This document shows positions 1 to 8,753 of a DNA stretch of 64,000 nucleotides, piece after piece. Numbering within the stretch: the first letter of the stretch is position 1; the number at the start of each line of letters is the position of its first letter. This DNA comes from an uncultured Flavobacteriales bacterium (GTDB lineage: Bacteria; Bacteroidota; Bacteroidia; AKYH767-A; 2013-40CM-41-45). The notes beneath the pieces are model-generated. The model had not been told where the DNA came from. It was given only the letters and a program-made list of their open reading frames with translations, and ran no database searches. A program made the position numbers and the translations under genes. Location of the stretch: positions 281,765-345,764 of the forward strand of contig CAZQOQ010000015.1 in NCBI GenBank assembly GCA_964595205.1, read 5' to 3'.

Positions 1-7
1 TCAGAGT

Positions 8-364
8 TTGGTCGCTCAGTCGACGGGATTTTACCAGGTGATGACAGAAGACAATCATCATTGTTCCAATATCTCGGAGTCGATATTCTATTCTCCTACA
101 GGAATTGAAGAAGAATCGATTTCTGAAAAATTAACAGTCTATCCGAATCCCGCTAACAATAAGTTAAATGTAATTGTACCGGACAATTCAGAAGGAAGAC
201 TATTCCTTATAAACATGAAGGGACAGAAACTTATGGAAAGGGAAATCGTGAAGACCGACACAAAAGTAATCTTTAATCAACTGCAATACCCGGGTGGAAT
301 CTACAAGGTGCTGCTCGTTCAGGACTCAGGAAAAATCATACAACAAACAATAATTATCAATTAA
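8..364 (+). CDS. 3' end of a T9SS (Por secretion) type-A C-terminal sorting domain protein (partial, starts before window)
   Basis: The C-terminal ~75 aa 'LTVYPNPANNKLNVIVPD...GIYKVLLVQDSGKIIQQTIIIN' has the typical T9SS CTD pattern (YPNPA motif, beta-strand-rich tail). The ORF runs off the window start. Confidence 0.6.
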   Translation: MVAQSTGFYQVMTEDNHHCSNISESIFYSPTGIEEESISEKLTVYPNPANNKLNVIVPDNSEGRLFLINMKGQKLMEREIVKTDTKVIFNQLQYPGGIYKVLLVQDSGKIIQQTIIIN

Positions 365-483
365 CAATTAAAACAAAACACATGGTATACGTAATTTGTA
401 CTCTCTATCTTGCAGGATTTATTTTATTAGTAAGGGAAGACCTTAAGAGTAATCAACCTGAAGACAGAATGCCGGAGTAAGAG

Positions 484-1242
484 TTATTCTCTCCCGCTAA
501 TGATCCCGCCTAAGAGGCCGCCTATTCCCCTGCTCTCTTCCTTTCTTCCACCCCAGCCGGAAGCACTTACGATTCTGTCTGCAAGCCTGGAGAAAGGAAG
601 AGTCTGGAGATAGACCACTCCGGGACCGGTAAGTTGTGCATAGAACAATCCTTCCCCGCCGAAGAGAACATTCCTGACACCACCAATAAACTGGATGTCA
701 TAATCTACGGTTGGCTGGAAGGCGACAAGGCAACCGGTATCGACCCGTAGTCTCTCGCTGGTTTTTAATTCCTTCCGTATCACTGTACCGCCGGCATGAA
801 TAAACACCTTGCCGTCCCCGGAAAGTCGCTGGAGGATGAAACCTTCTCCTCCGAATAAACCGGCACCGATACGTTTGGTAAATTCCACGTTGATGTCGAT
901 TCCTTCGGCGGCGCACAGAAAGCCATCGCGCTGGCACAGGAAACTCCCGCCGATGTCTCGGAGATTGAGCGGAATTATTCTCCCCGGATAAGGCGCTGCA
1001 AAAGTGACCGTTGATTTGCCTGCTCCGGTATTCAGGAAACTGGTGATGAAAAAATTTTCACCGGAGATTATCCTCTTCAACCCGGAGAAAATTCCACCGC
1101 CGGTTGTAGTCTGCATCTGAATGCCGTCTTCCATGCACAGCATGGCGCCTACTTCTGCTCTCACTGCTTCCTGCGGATCCAGTTCGATTTCCACAGCCTG
1201 CATGTCGTCCCCTATTATTTTATAATCGATGTCGTGTGCCAT
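484..1242 (-). CDS. TIGR00266/AIM24-family protein (DUF124)
   Basis: 252 aa, Gly-rich, repeated 'GGEG' segments and 'FxGxGxVxLQ' strands typical of the AIM24/TIGR00266 family. Confidence 0.55.
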   Translation of the reverse strand: MAHDIDYKIIGDDMQAVEIELDPQEAVRAEVGAMLCMEDGIQMQTTTGGGIFSGLKRIISGENFFITSFLNTGAGKSTVTFAAPYPGRIIPLNLRDIGGSFLCQRDGFLCAAEGIDINVEFTKRIGAGLFGGEGFILQRLSGDGKVFIHAGGTVIRKELKTSERLRVDTGCLVAFQPTVDYDIQFIGGVRNVLFGGEGLFYAQLTGPGVVYLQTLPFSRLADRIVSASGWGGRKEESRGIGGLLGGIISGRE

Positions 1243-1245
1243 ATA

Positions 1246-2667
1246 TTAATTTTCGTTTAGAAGGGTTTTTTTCGCCTCATCAAGTATTCTGAACGCACCT
1301 TCCCTGGTTGACGACTCGGCATAGGTCCGTAAAACCGGTTCCGTGCCTGAGGCCCTGATGAGAAGCCATTCGTTGTCGTTATCGTCGAAGAAATATTTAT
1401 ATCCATCCATATCCTCCATTCGCTTCACTTTATAAGGACCGAAAGCATGGTACACATTGTTAGCCGTATTTTTCACGATCCGGGTTTTAACGCTTTCTTT
1501 TAGGTGCATATCGTTTCTCTCAAATGCGAATGGTCCAACGATATCATAAATTTCCCTGATCAGTTCGTCAATTTTTTTACCGCTCTTCGCCATGAATTCC
1601 CATATGATCAGACCCATCCATATTCCATCCCTCTCCGGAATATGTCCCTTGCTGATGGCAATACCGCCGCTTTCTTCCCCGCCGATGAGGACATCCTCGT
1701 TAAGCATGATCTCGCAGATGTATTTGAAACCGATTTTTACCGTATCGTATGGTAAGCCATAATGTTCACAAAGCTTGCCGATTTTAGGTGATGTACTGAA
1801 GGCTATGCATACTTTGCCTTTCAATCCCTTGTATTTTACCAGGTAATGAATAAGTAAAAGAATGATATGATGCGAATCGATAAAATTACCCTTGCCGTCG
1901 TACATACCGATCCGATCTGCATCTCCGTCAGTAACAAGTCCGCAATCGATGTTTCCTTTTTTTATGATCAGACGGCTGAATTCACCAAGGTTTTTATGAA
2001 TAGGTTCCGGAGCCTGGCCCATAAATCCGGGATTGTAATCGCAATGCAGCTTTGTTATTTCCGGGAAGAGTTTCTTAATGACGTTCTGGCCCGAACCATA
2101 CATTGCATCGTAGGCCAGGTTCAGTCCCGACTTCCGGATGGCATCGAGATCAAAATAATTTTCAACGTGTTTAATGTACATCGATTCGAGATCGACAAAT
2201 TCAACCAGTCCCCTGCTCTTAAGCTCATCGATGGTAATTGAATCTAAATCGACAGATGATTTTTCCGGAATGATGTCTTCGATTTCCTGCACGAGTGATG
2301 GCTTCAACGGCCCTCCGTAAGAGCCCTTTAATTTGAAACCATTATAGGAAGGAGGGTTGTGCGAAGCTGTAATTATGATTCCCACATCGCACTTGTAGTT
2401 CACTGCCCCAAGGGAAATCATCGGTGTAGACACGAATCCTTTTGCGAGAAAAGTCTTAATTCCCTTTGAACCCATTACGATGGCAATTGTATCTGTGAAG
2501 AGTTCCCCTGCGAACCGGCAATCGTGGCCGACAACGATGGATGGTTTTGGATTATTCTTTAACAGCCAGTTTGCTGTCGCTTCCGCAACCCGGGCAACAT
2601 TTTCAACGGTAAAATCTTTGGCTATAATGGCTCTCCAGCCATCTGTTCCAAACTTTATTTTTGTCAT
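1246..2667 (-). CDS. phosphoglucomutase/phosphomannomutase family (alpha-D-phosphohexomutase)
   Basis: Catalytic-Ser loop 'GIIITASHNPPSYNGFKLKG', metal-binding 'DGDADR', sugar-binding 'GEESGG'. 473 aa. Confidence 0.85.
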   Translation of the reverse strand: MTKIKFGTDGWRAIIAKDFTVENVARVAEATANWLLKNNPKPSIVVGHDCRFAGELFTDTIAIVMGSKGIKTFLAKGFVSTPMISLGAVNYKCDVGIIITASHNPPSYNGFKLKGSYGGPLKPSLVQEIEDIIPEKSSVDLDSITIDELKSRGLVEFVDLESMYIKHVENYFDLDAIRKSGLNLAYDAMYGSGQNVIKKLFPEITKLHCDYNPGFMGQAPEPIHKNLGEFSRLIIKKGNIDCGLVTDGDADRIGMYDGKGNFIDSHHIILLLIHYLVKYKGLKGKVCIAFSTSPKIGKLCEHYGLPYDTVKIGFKYICEIMLNEDVLIGGEESGGIAISKGHIPERDGIWMGLIIWEFMAKSGKKIDELIREIYDIVGPFAFERNDMHLKESVKTRIVKNTANNVYHAFGPYKVKRMEDMDGYKYFFDDNDNEWLLIRASGTEPVLRTYAESSTREGAFRILDEAKKTLLNEN

Positions 2668-2742
2668 TTGTTGAGAGTAATAATTACAGATGCGAAATTA
2701 AAATTTTAATTCATTGGGTTAACATGTTCATTAGCATAGAAA

Positions 2743-3921
2743 TCAGCTTCGAATGCCTCTACGATCGAGGGCCTTTTGGAATCGCCTTGCATTAATCATG
2801 TGTTGATCATAGGTCGATGCAAAAGCATGATACCCGGAAAAATCGTCCTTCGCGCAGAAAAACATATACTTATGAGGAATAAAATTCAATACCGCCGTGA
2901 GCGATGAACGTGTGGGAAGACATATTGGTCCGGGCGGGAGGCCATTATACATATAAGTGTTGTACGGCGAATCGATCTCTTTATAAATGCTTAGGACACG
3001 GGAAATTGAAAAATCACCTAATGCAAACACCAGCGTAGGATCGGCTTCCAGCTTCCAGTCCTTTTTAAGCCTGTTAATGTATACTCCGGCGATTATAGGC
3101 TTTTCATCTTCCTTATTAGATTCCATTTGTACGATCGATGCAAGAACAGAAACCTGTAATGGTGTATAGCCGATCTTCCTGGATTGTTCGAGCCGCTCGG
3201 GTGTCCAGTACCTGTCATATTCTTTTTTCATTCGCTGCAGAAATTTATCAGCCGAGGTATTCCAGTAAAATTCATAGGTGTCCGGGATAAACATGGAAAG
3301 AATATTGGCTGAGTTAAACCCCATTCTTCCAAGGTAATCGTTATCGTTCATGAGATTTATTAAAGCCTGCGACTTCGCCTCAATTTGTTCAGCAATCCTG
3401 GCAGCCAGTTGCTCCTTTGTACGGATGTTGTTGAATGTCACGTTCACAGGAACCTGTTTACCGGCACGGAGCATAGATATCAATTCCTTGTTATTCATCT
3501 TCGGCCTCAACAGGTATTTCCCCGGCTTAACACGCGTATCATATTTCATCTGTCTGGCTGTCCAGCGAAACGACTCTTCATTGATCAGCAATTTCTTTTC
3601 ATCAAGAATTCCCACCACATCGTCAAAGGTGGAGCCGGTAGGAATGTATAAAAACTCCTTTTCATTACCGGCTGCGGCAATATTATCAGTAAAGATCTGC
3701 CGGTAAATGATAATGCCCATCACGGTCACGATGATTCCGAGAACGGCCACTAAAATCCAGGCAAATCTTTTTACGGATTTTAATTTTGACATATCTGACG
3801 AAAATAGATTTGGATTTTCAATAACGCTCTGTCGAGGTTGATTATTTCTCAACAGTTTTTTTGATTTTTTCAATCGAAAACACCAACTGTATAGTCTGTT
3901 CAAAATTAACAATTTGTTCAT
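2743..3921 (-). CDS. mltG: endolytic murein transglycosylase MltG (YceG-like). Probable true start is the ATG at 3792 (MSKLKSVKRFAWIL...)
   Basis: N-terminal TM helix (FAWILVAVLGIIVTVMGIIIY) followed by a YceG-like domain. Typical length ~350 aa if the start is at 3792. Confidence 0.7.
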   Translation of the reverse strand: MNKLLILNRLYSWCFRLKKSKKLLRNNQPRQSVIENPNLFSSDMSKLKSVKRFAWILVAVLGIIVTVMGIIIYRQIFTDNIAAAGNEKEFLYIPTGSTFDDVVGILDEKKLLINEESFRWTARQMKYDTRVKPGKYLLRPKMNNKELISMLRAGKQVPVNVTFNNIRTKEQLAARIAEQIEAKSQALINLMNDNDYLGRMGFNSANILSMFIPDTYEFYWNTSADKFLQRMKKEYDRYWTPERLEQSRKIGYTPLQVSVLASIVQMESNKEDEKPIIAGVYINRLKKDWKLEADPTLVFALGDFSISRVLSIYKEIDSPYNTYMYNGLPPGPICLPTRSSLTAVLNFIPHKYMFFCAKDDFSGYHAFASTYDQHMINARRFQKALDRRGIRS

Positions 3922-3973
3922 TTTACAGTAATGTCATTTTTACACTACCGGCGTACTTTCGAAAGAAAATTGA

Positions 3974-4348
3974 ATGAAAAAGCAAGTAAAAGTACTTGTA
4001 GTTGATGACGAGCCGGATGTGGTGGAAATATTAAGATATAACCTGAAAAAGGAAAATTTCCAGGTATTAACGGCATATAACGGAAGAGACGCGATTGACC
4101 TGGCCAAAAACGACAAGCCTGATCTGATAATCATGGATATCAGGATGCCGGGCATTTCGGGCATAGAAACCTGCCGTGAAATCCGCACTACCCAGTCGCT
4201 TAAGAACATACCGGTTTTATTCCTCACGGCCGATTCTGATGAATATACGACGATGAGTGCATTTGATGCAGGCGCCAATCATTTTATTACAAAACCGATT
4301 CGACCGGTTATTTTGCTTGAAATGATTCATGAATTATTTAACAGATAA
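3974..4348 (+). CDS. stand-alone response-regulator receiver (REC) domain protein, canonical
   Basis: VLVVDDEPD (acidic pair), IIMDIRMPG (phospho-Asp), FLTAD (Thr), ITKPIR (Lys). 124 aa with no output domain; stop codon TAA at 4346-4348. Confidence 0.85.
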   Translation: MKKQVKVLVVDDEPDVVEILRYNLKKENFQVLTAYNGRDAIDLAKNDKPDLIIMDIRMPGISGIETCREIRTTQSLKNIPVLFLTADSDEYTTMSAFDAGANHFITKPIRPVILLEMIHELFNR

Positions 4349-4359
4349 AATCTCAAACT

Positions 4360-5028
4360 ATGTTTTGGTTCATAACCGAAAACCGAAGTGAGTTGGAAGC
4401 TTTAATTGATGAATTCGTGTCAAAGGGTAATCATACTCGTGAATTCACGAATGTCAGTGAAGCTTTGAAGTCATTAAAGGAAGAAATCCCAGAGGGTATT
4501 TTAATCGATGCAGACGGTTCGGAAATGCCTTGTCTCGAATTCTGTCATAAAATTAAGAGCCTCCCGGATTATAAAAAGATCATTCTAATTGTTGTTTCCT
4601 CGAGTAACTCCGAAGCGATCGAAGAAGCCATGTTTGATGCCGGAGCGGATGAATTTGTAACACGACCGATCAGGCACCTTGCACTATATAAACGCATTGC
4701 CGCCCGTCTGAGCGGTTCGAGTGCATCACAAAAAATGCTCTACAACAGGAATGGAAAAGCAGCCCTTCAAATCGACAGAGAGTCATTCACTGTTTATCTG
4801 AATCAAAAGCTTATACCCTTATCAAGGAAGGAATTCGAATTACTTCATTTAATGGCCAGCCATCCGGGAAAGGTCTTTACCCGTGAGGAAATTTTTACCA
4901 AGGTCTGGAACCGCTTGCATGTTTCGAAAGAAAGGACCATTGATGTTCATATTCTAAGGCTCAGAAAGAAAATTGGTGAAGAATTCATAACCACTCAAAA
5001 AGGAATCGGATACAGATTTTGTGCTTAA
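4360..5028 (+). CDS. atypical OmpR/PhoB-family regulator: degenerate receiver + winged-helix Trans_reg_C DNA-binding domain
   Basis: The C-terminus 'LSRKEFELLHLMASHPGKVFTREEIFTKVWN...TIDVHILRLRKKIG...GIGYRF' is an OmpR-type wHTH. The N-terminal half is paralogous to the REC of the upstream ORF but lacks the DD pair (FITENRSE) and has Lys->Arg (VTRPIR), so it is a pseudo-receiver. Confidence 0.75.
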   Translation: MFWFITENRSELEALIDEFVSKGNHTREFTNVSEALKSLKEEIPEGILIDADGSEMPCLEFCHKIKSLPDYKKIILIVVSSSNSEAIEEAMFDAGADEFVTRPIRHLALYKRIAARLSGSSASQKMLYNRNGKAALQIDRESFTVYLNQKLIPLSRKEFELLHLMASHPGKVFTREEIFTKVWNRLHVSKERTIDVHILRLRKKIGEEFITTQKGIGYRFCA

Positions 5029-5136
5029 AATCAATGAGAATTATGAATTCCTGTTCATACAGAATTTACTCTCCGTTTACATTTAACATTAACTTAATAT
5101 TAATCGAACAATCGCTTAACCCCGCCATATTTTCTT

Positions 5137-5154
5137 TGTTGCAAAATTGTAACA
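5137..5154 (+). promoter_or_regulatory. Pho-box-like 7-4-7 direct repeat (TGTTGCA-AAAT-TGTAACA) immediately upstream of the porin start
   Basis: Same architecture and near-identical half-sites as the repeat at 7517-7534 upstream of pstC. Sits 2 nt before the porin ATG, which is unusually close. Confidence 0.3.
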
Positions 5155-5155
5155 A

Positions 5156-6595
5156 ATGAAAATAAAAACTACCTCAATTATTTTGTGCTTATTTAACATT
5201 CTTACTTTTAATTCGATAGCCCAGGAGAATACGGGTGAAGATACGCTTACCTCCCACGTTGCGGGAATCCGGTCAGAACTGGATGTTTTGAAAAGAATCA
5301 AGATAAGCGGATACATGCATCCTGAATACCAGGTTACGGATTCTGCAGGCTCCCAGGGATACGCTGGGGGTAGTTTTGCACCTGGAGTTGACAAAAGGTT
5401 TCAGTTAAGAAGAGCGAGGGTTAAAGTTCAATATGAGTCTCCCGTTAATGATAAGGGTTGGTCAACTTCACTTTACGTTTTCCAGATAGATGCTACACAA
5501 GCAGGGTTTTCAATTAGAGATATGTATATGAAATTCACTGATCCCTGGGTCGGTTGGTTTTCATTGACTGCAGGAAACCATAATCGTCCGTTTGGATTTG
5601 AGATCGGTTATTCTTCCAGCCTCCGCGAATCTCCCGAGCGTGCACGCTTTAATCAGATTTTGATGCCTAATGAGCGAGACATGGGAGCGATGTTAACCAT
5701 ACAAGGACCCAAGATTTCGAATTGGAACTGGTTGAAACTTGAAATGGGTATGTTTAATGGAACCGGCGGACCAAGTGCAAATGGAAACACGAATGATTTT
5801 GATAAGTTCAAGGATTTTATCGGGCACATCGTAGTGAGTAAGTCAACTTTGTCAGAAACAGTTAAATGGGGTGCAGGTGCATCATATTATAATGGCGGAT
5901 ACAGACAGGATGTTGCTGATGACTATGTTTTCGGAACTGATCCAAATGGTGTTAAGGGATTTACAATTGAAAAGAAGAAGGCGGATATAAATACGAATAT
6001 TAACGCTCAGTCGGAAGTTAAAAGAATTTATTATGGAGTCGATGCGCAGGTCAGCTTTGACTGGAAGGCGGGAATCACAACATTACGAGCGGAATATATC
6101 CAGGGAAAACAACCGGGAACATCAGCCAGTTCTGTCAGTCCTATTGCTCTTCCAGCTAAGACTTCAACAACCTATTCTTCTGTTACAACGATAGATTCGA
6201 CAACAGGCTTAGCAAATACTGTTACAACTTCCACTACTACTGTAATTGCAAGTGATATTTATTCAAGAAATTTTAATGGAGCTTATTTCTACTTTGTACA
6301 AAACATTGGTCATTCTCCATGGCAAACTGTTATAAAGTATGACTGGTATGATCCAAACACAGATGTTAAGGGTGATGAGATCGGCAAAAGTGTTTCCTCT
6401 GGTTATAAGGCAACCAATGCAACCGATATTAAATATTCCACCTGGGGTTTTGGTTTATCATATAACTGGGATGCCAATGTAAAACTCACTGCTTATTACG
6501 ACAAAGTAATGAATGAAACATCATCGAATTTGTCAGGTTATACAAATGATGTAATGGATAATGTTTTCACATTACGGGCACAGATCAAATTCTAA
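5156..6595 (+). CDS. outer-membrane beta-barrel porin, probably phosphate-selective porin O/P-like, first gene of the pst cluster
   Basis: Signal peptide (MKIKTTSIILCLFNILTFNSIAQ), alternating amphipathic strands, C-terminal ...LRAQIKF (terminal Phe). Located directly upstream of pstS. Contains a Ser/Thr-rich low-complexity loop. Confidence 0.6.
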   Translation: MKIKTTSIILCLFNILTFNSIAQENTGEDTLTSHVAGIRSELDVLKRIKISGYMHPEYQVTDSAGSQGYAGGSFAPGVDKRFQLRRARVKVQYESPVNDKGWSTSLYVFQIDATQAGFSIRDMYMKFTDPWVGWFSLTAGNHNRPFGFEIGYSSSLRESPERARFNQILMPNERDMGAMLTIQGPKISNWNWLKLEMGMFNGTGGPSANGNTNDFDKFKDFIGHIVVSKSTLSETVKWGAGASYYNGGYRQDVADDYVFGTDPNGVKGFTIEKKKADINTNINAQSEVKRIYYGVDAQVSFDWKAGITTLRAEYIQGKQPGTSASSVSPIALPAKTSTTYSSVTTIDSTTGLANTVTTSTTTVIASDIYSRNFNGAYFYFVQNIGHSPWQTVIKYDWYDPNTDVKGDEIGKSVSSGYKATNATDIKYSTWGFGLSYNWDANVKLTAYYDKVMNETSSNLSGYTNDVMDNVFTLRAQIKF

Positions 6596-6631
6596 AAAAA
6601 ATAATAAACTCGAATAAAAAAATAAATCAAA

Positions 6632-7447
6632 ATGAAAAAAATAATAGTTTTAGCTGCATTATTTGGTTCGGTATTCATCAGCCAGGCGCAGAAAATAGTA
6701 ATTAAAGGAAGCGATACGGTTCTTCCGCTTTCTCAAAAAGAAGCAGAAATCTATATGAAGAAAAATATGGGTAAAAGCATTACCGTTATCGGCGGAGGCA
6801 GTGGTGTTGGCCTCGCAGCGTTGACGGATAATTCGACGGATATTGCCATGGCTTCACGTAAAATTAAAATGGATGAACGCATGAAAATGCAGGATGCAGG
6901 TCGTGCATTTAAAGAAGTGATCATCGCAAACGATGCATTGTCTGTAATCGTAAATCCCTCAAATAAAGTTTCCAAACTTACCCGCCAGCAGTTGGAGGGA
7001 ATTTTTACGGGAAAGATTAAAAACTGGAAAGAAGTTGGAGGTGATGATATGTTAATTGTCGTCTACTCCCGTGAAACAAGCTCCGGTACCTATGAGTTTT
7101 TCAAGGAGCATGTGATGAACAGGAAAAACTATGCTTCATCTGTGTTAAACATGCCTGCAACGGGTGCGATTATACAATCGGTGAGCCAGACGAAAGGCGC
7201 GATCGGTTATGTCGGACTTGCCTATATGACGAAAGAGGTAAAGGACATAGCTGTTTCATACGATGGAAAGACATTTGTAAATGCTTCAATCGAAGCGGCA
7301 AAAGATAAGACATACCCTGTTGTCCGGCCACTTTACTATTACTATCCTGTTTCAAAGGAGTCGCTGGTGAAACCATATATCGATTTTGTGTTATCGCCTG
7401 AAGGACAAAAGATCGTGGACGAAGTTGGTTACATTTCTCTTAAATAG
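6632..7447 (+). CDS. pstS: phosphate ABC transporter substrate-binding protein PstS
   Basis: Signal peptide plus PBP fold motifs (VIGGGSGVGLAAL, SRETSSGTYEFF). Followed by pstCAB-phoU. Confidence 0.85.
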   Translation: MKKIIVLAALFGSVFISQAQKIVIKGSDTVLPLSQKEAEIYMKKNMGKSITVIGGGSGVGLAALTDNSTDIAMASRKIKMDERMKMQDAGRAFKEVIIANDALSVIVNPSNKVSKLTRQQLEGIFTGKIKNWKEVGGDDMLIVVYSRETSSGTYEFFKEHVMNRKNYASSVLNMPATGAIIQSVSQTKGAIGYVGLAYMTKEVKDIAVSYDGKTFVNASIEAAKDKTYPVVRPLYYYYPVSKESLVKPYIDFVLSPEGQKIVDEVGYISLK

Positions 7448-7516
7448 ATTTCAATGGGTTTAGCAGATAACAGCGGTAGAATTTCTACCGCTGTTTTCCG
7501 GTTATTGATATGATTG

Positions 7517-7534
7517 TGTTACAAAATTGTTACA
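7517..7534 (+). promoter_or_regulatory. Pho-box-like perfect direct repeat TGTTACA-AAAT-TGTTACA upstream of pstCAB-phoU
   Basis: 7-nt half-sites with 4-nt A/T spacer (11-bp periodicity as in PhoB boxes), about 64 bp upstream of the pstC ATG at 7598. Confidence 0.4.
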
Positions 7535-7597
7535 AAAAATTTTTAATTGAAAAATAAGTTAAAGCGTTTTTTTGAAAAACTCATTGAAGGAGTTTTA

Positions 7598-8752
7598 ATG
7601 CTTAGCAGTTCGATTTCTGCTTTTACCGTTTTGCTTATTATTATTTTTCTTTTTCGCGAGGGATTTTCATTGTTTAATACTTCGCCACTCGAAAATCATA
7701 ACACGATTGTTGTGAACAGTGCAAATCCGGTAACAAAATTAAATGCATTACAGATTAAGGATATTTTTGATCAGCATATAACGAACTGGAAAGAAATTGG
7801 CGGGAAGAACGACAGCATTATTCTTTTAACGATAAACGATTTGTCGAACTATTTTTCAGACGAGGAGATCGGGGAGAATTTTGAGTATCTTCCCCGGAAG
7901 CTGGACTCTCTCGTTGCTGCCACTCCCCAGATGCTTGCCGTTTATCCGGAAAAATACCTGGTGAGTTCGCCGCAGGGAAAGATTGTACATGTAAATAAAA
8001 ACAACGTTCCGGATTTTATCCTGGGAAGACAATGGTTTCCTACGGCTGAGCCTGCTGTATTGCTGGGAGTACTGCCGTTGATACTTGGGACGCTGCTTGT
8101 CTCCTTCTTCGCTATTTTATTTGCACTTCCCATTGGACTGGCAACGGCTATTTACATGGCAGAAATTGCGGATGAGCGTTTGAGAAAGATTCTGAAGCCG
8201 GTGATAGAACTGCTTGCGGGAATACCCTCGGTAGTCTATGGCTTTTTCGGCCTCATTGTCATTGTTCCTTTGATTCACGATATATTCAAATTACCTGTTG
8301 GCGAAACGGCTCTGGCCGGAAGCATTGTGCTCGCAGTGATGGCTCTTCCGACCATAATTACGGTTTCGGAAGATGCGATACGTAATACGCCTCGAAGCAT
8401 GAAGGAGGCATCACTGGCTTTAGGGGCGAATCACTGGCAGACAATCAGCCGGGTGATCATCCCCTATTCCATTTCGGGAATATCAGCGGCAGCTATCCTG
8501 GGTATTGGCCGTGCGATTGGTGAGACGATGGCAGTACTTATGGTAACAGGTAATGCGGCTGTGATTCCTCATTCATTGCTGCAACCGGTTCGGACGATTC
8601 CAGCTACGATTGCTGCAGAACTTGGAGAGGCTCCTGCTGGCGGTGTTCATTATAAGGCGTTATTTGCCCTGGGTTGTATACTTTTTATTATAACTATGGC
8701 GATCAATCTCTGGGTTCAGTCGATCAGTAATAAACGCAAAATGAATAGCTGA
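7598..8752 (+). CDS. pstC: phosphate ABC transporter permease PstC (the ORF track starts at a TTG at 7547; an ATG at 7598 preceded by AAGGAG is more likely)
   Basis: ABC permease EAA-type motifs (ALGANHWQT..., multiple TM helices) and position between pstS and pstA. Carries a ~130-aa periplasmic loop insertion with a PstS-like segment. Confidence 0.85.
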   Translation: MLSSSISAFTVLLIIIFLFREGFSLFNTSPLENHNTIVVNSANPVTKLNALQIKDIFDQHITNWKEIGGKNDSIILLTINDLSNYFSDEEIGENFEYLPRKLDSLVAATPQMLAVYPEKYLVSSPQGKIVHVNKNNVPDFILGRQWFPTAEPAVLLGVLPLILGTLLVSFFAILFALPIGLATAIYMAEIADERLRKILKPVIELLAGIPSVVYGFFGLIVIVPLIHDIFKLPVGETALAGSIVLAVMALPTIITVSEDAIRNTPRSMKEASLALGANHWQTISRVIIPYSISGISAAAILGIGRAIGETMAVLMVTGNAAVIPHSLLQPVRTIPATIAAELGEAPAGGVHYKALFALGCILFIITMAINLWVQSISNKRKMNS

Positions 8753-8753
8753 T

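Noticed and set aside
698-991. ORFs 698-937 (-) and 809-991 (+) inside the TIGR00266 gene
   Set aside because: They fully overlap a well-supported gene in other frames. Arg/Pro-rich translations are typical of spurious frames in GC-richer coding DNA.
1504-2674. Plus-strand ORFs 1504-1755, 1867-2241 and 2480-2674 inside the phosphohexomutase gene
   Set aside because: Antisense to a gene with strong catalytic motifs. No independent signals.
5137-5154. Treating the porin-proximal repeat as a confident promoter operator
   Set aside because: It ends 2 nt before the start codon, too close for a -35-replacing Pho box. Reported only as low-confidence and flagged.
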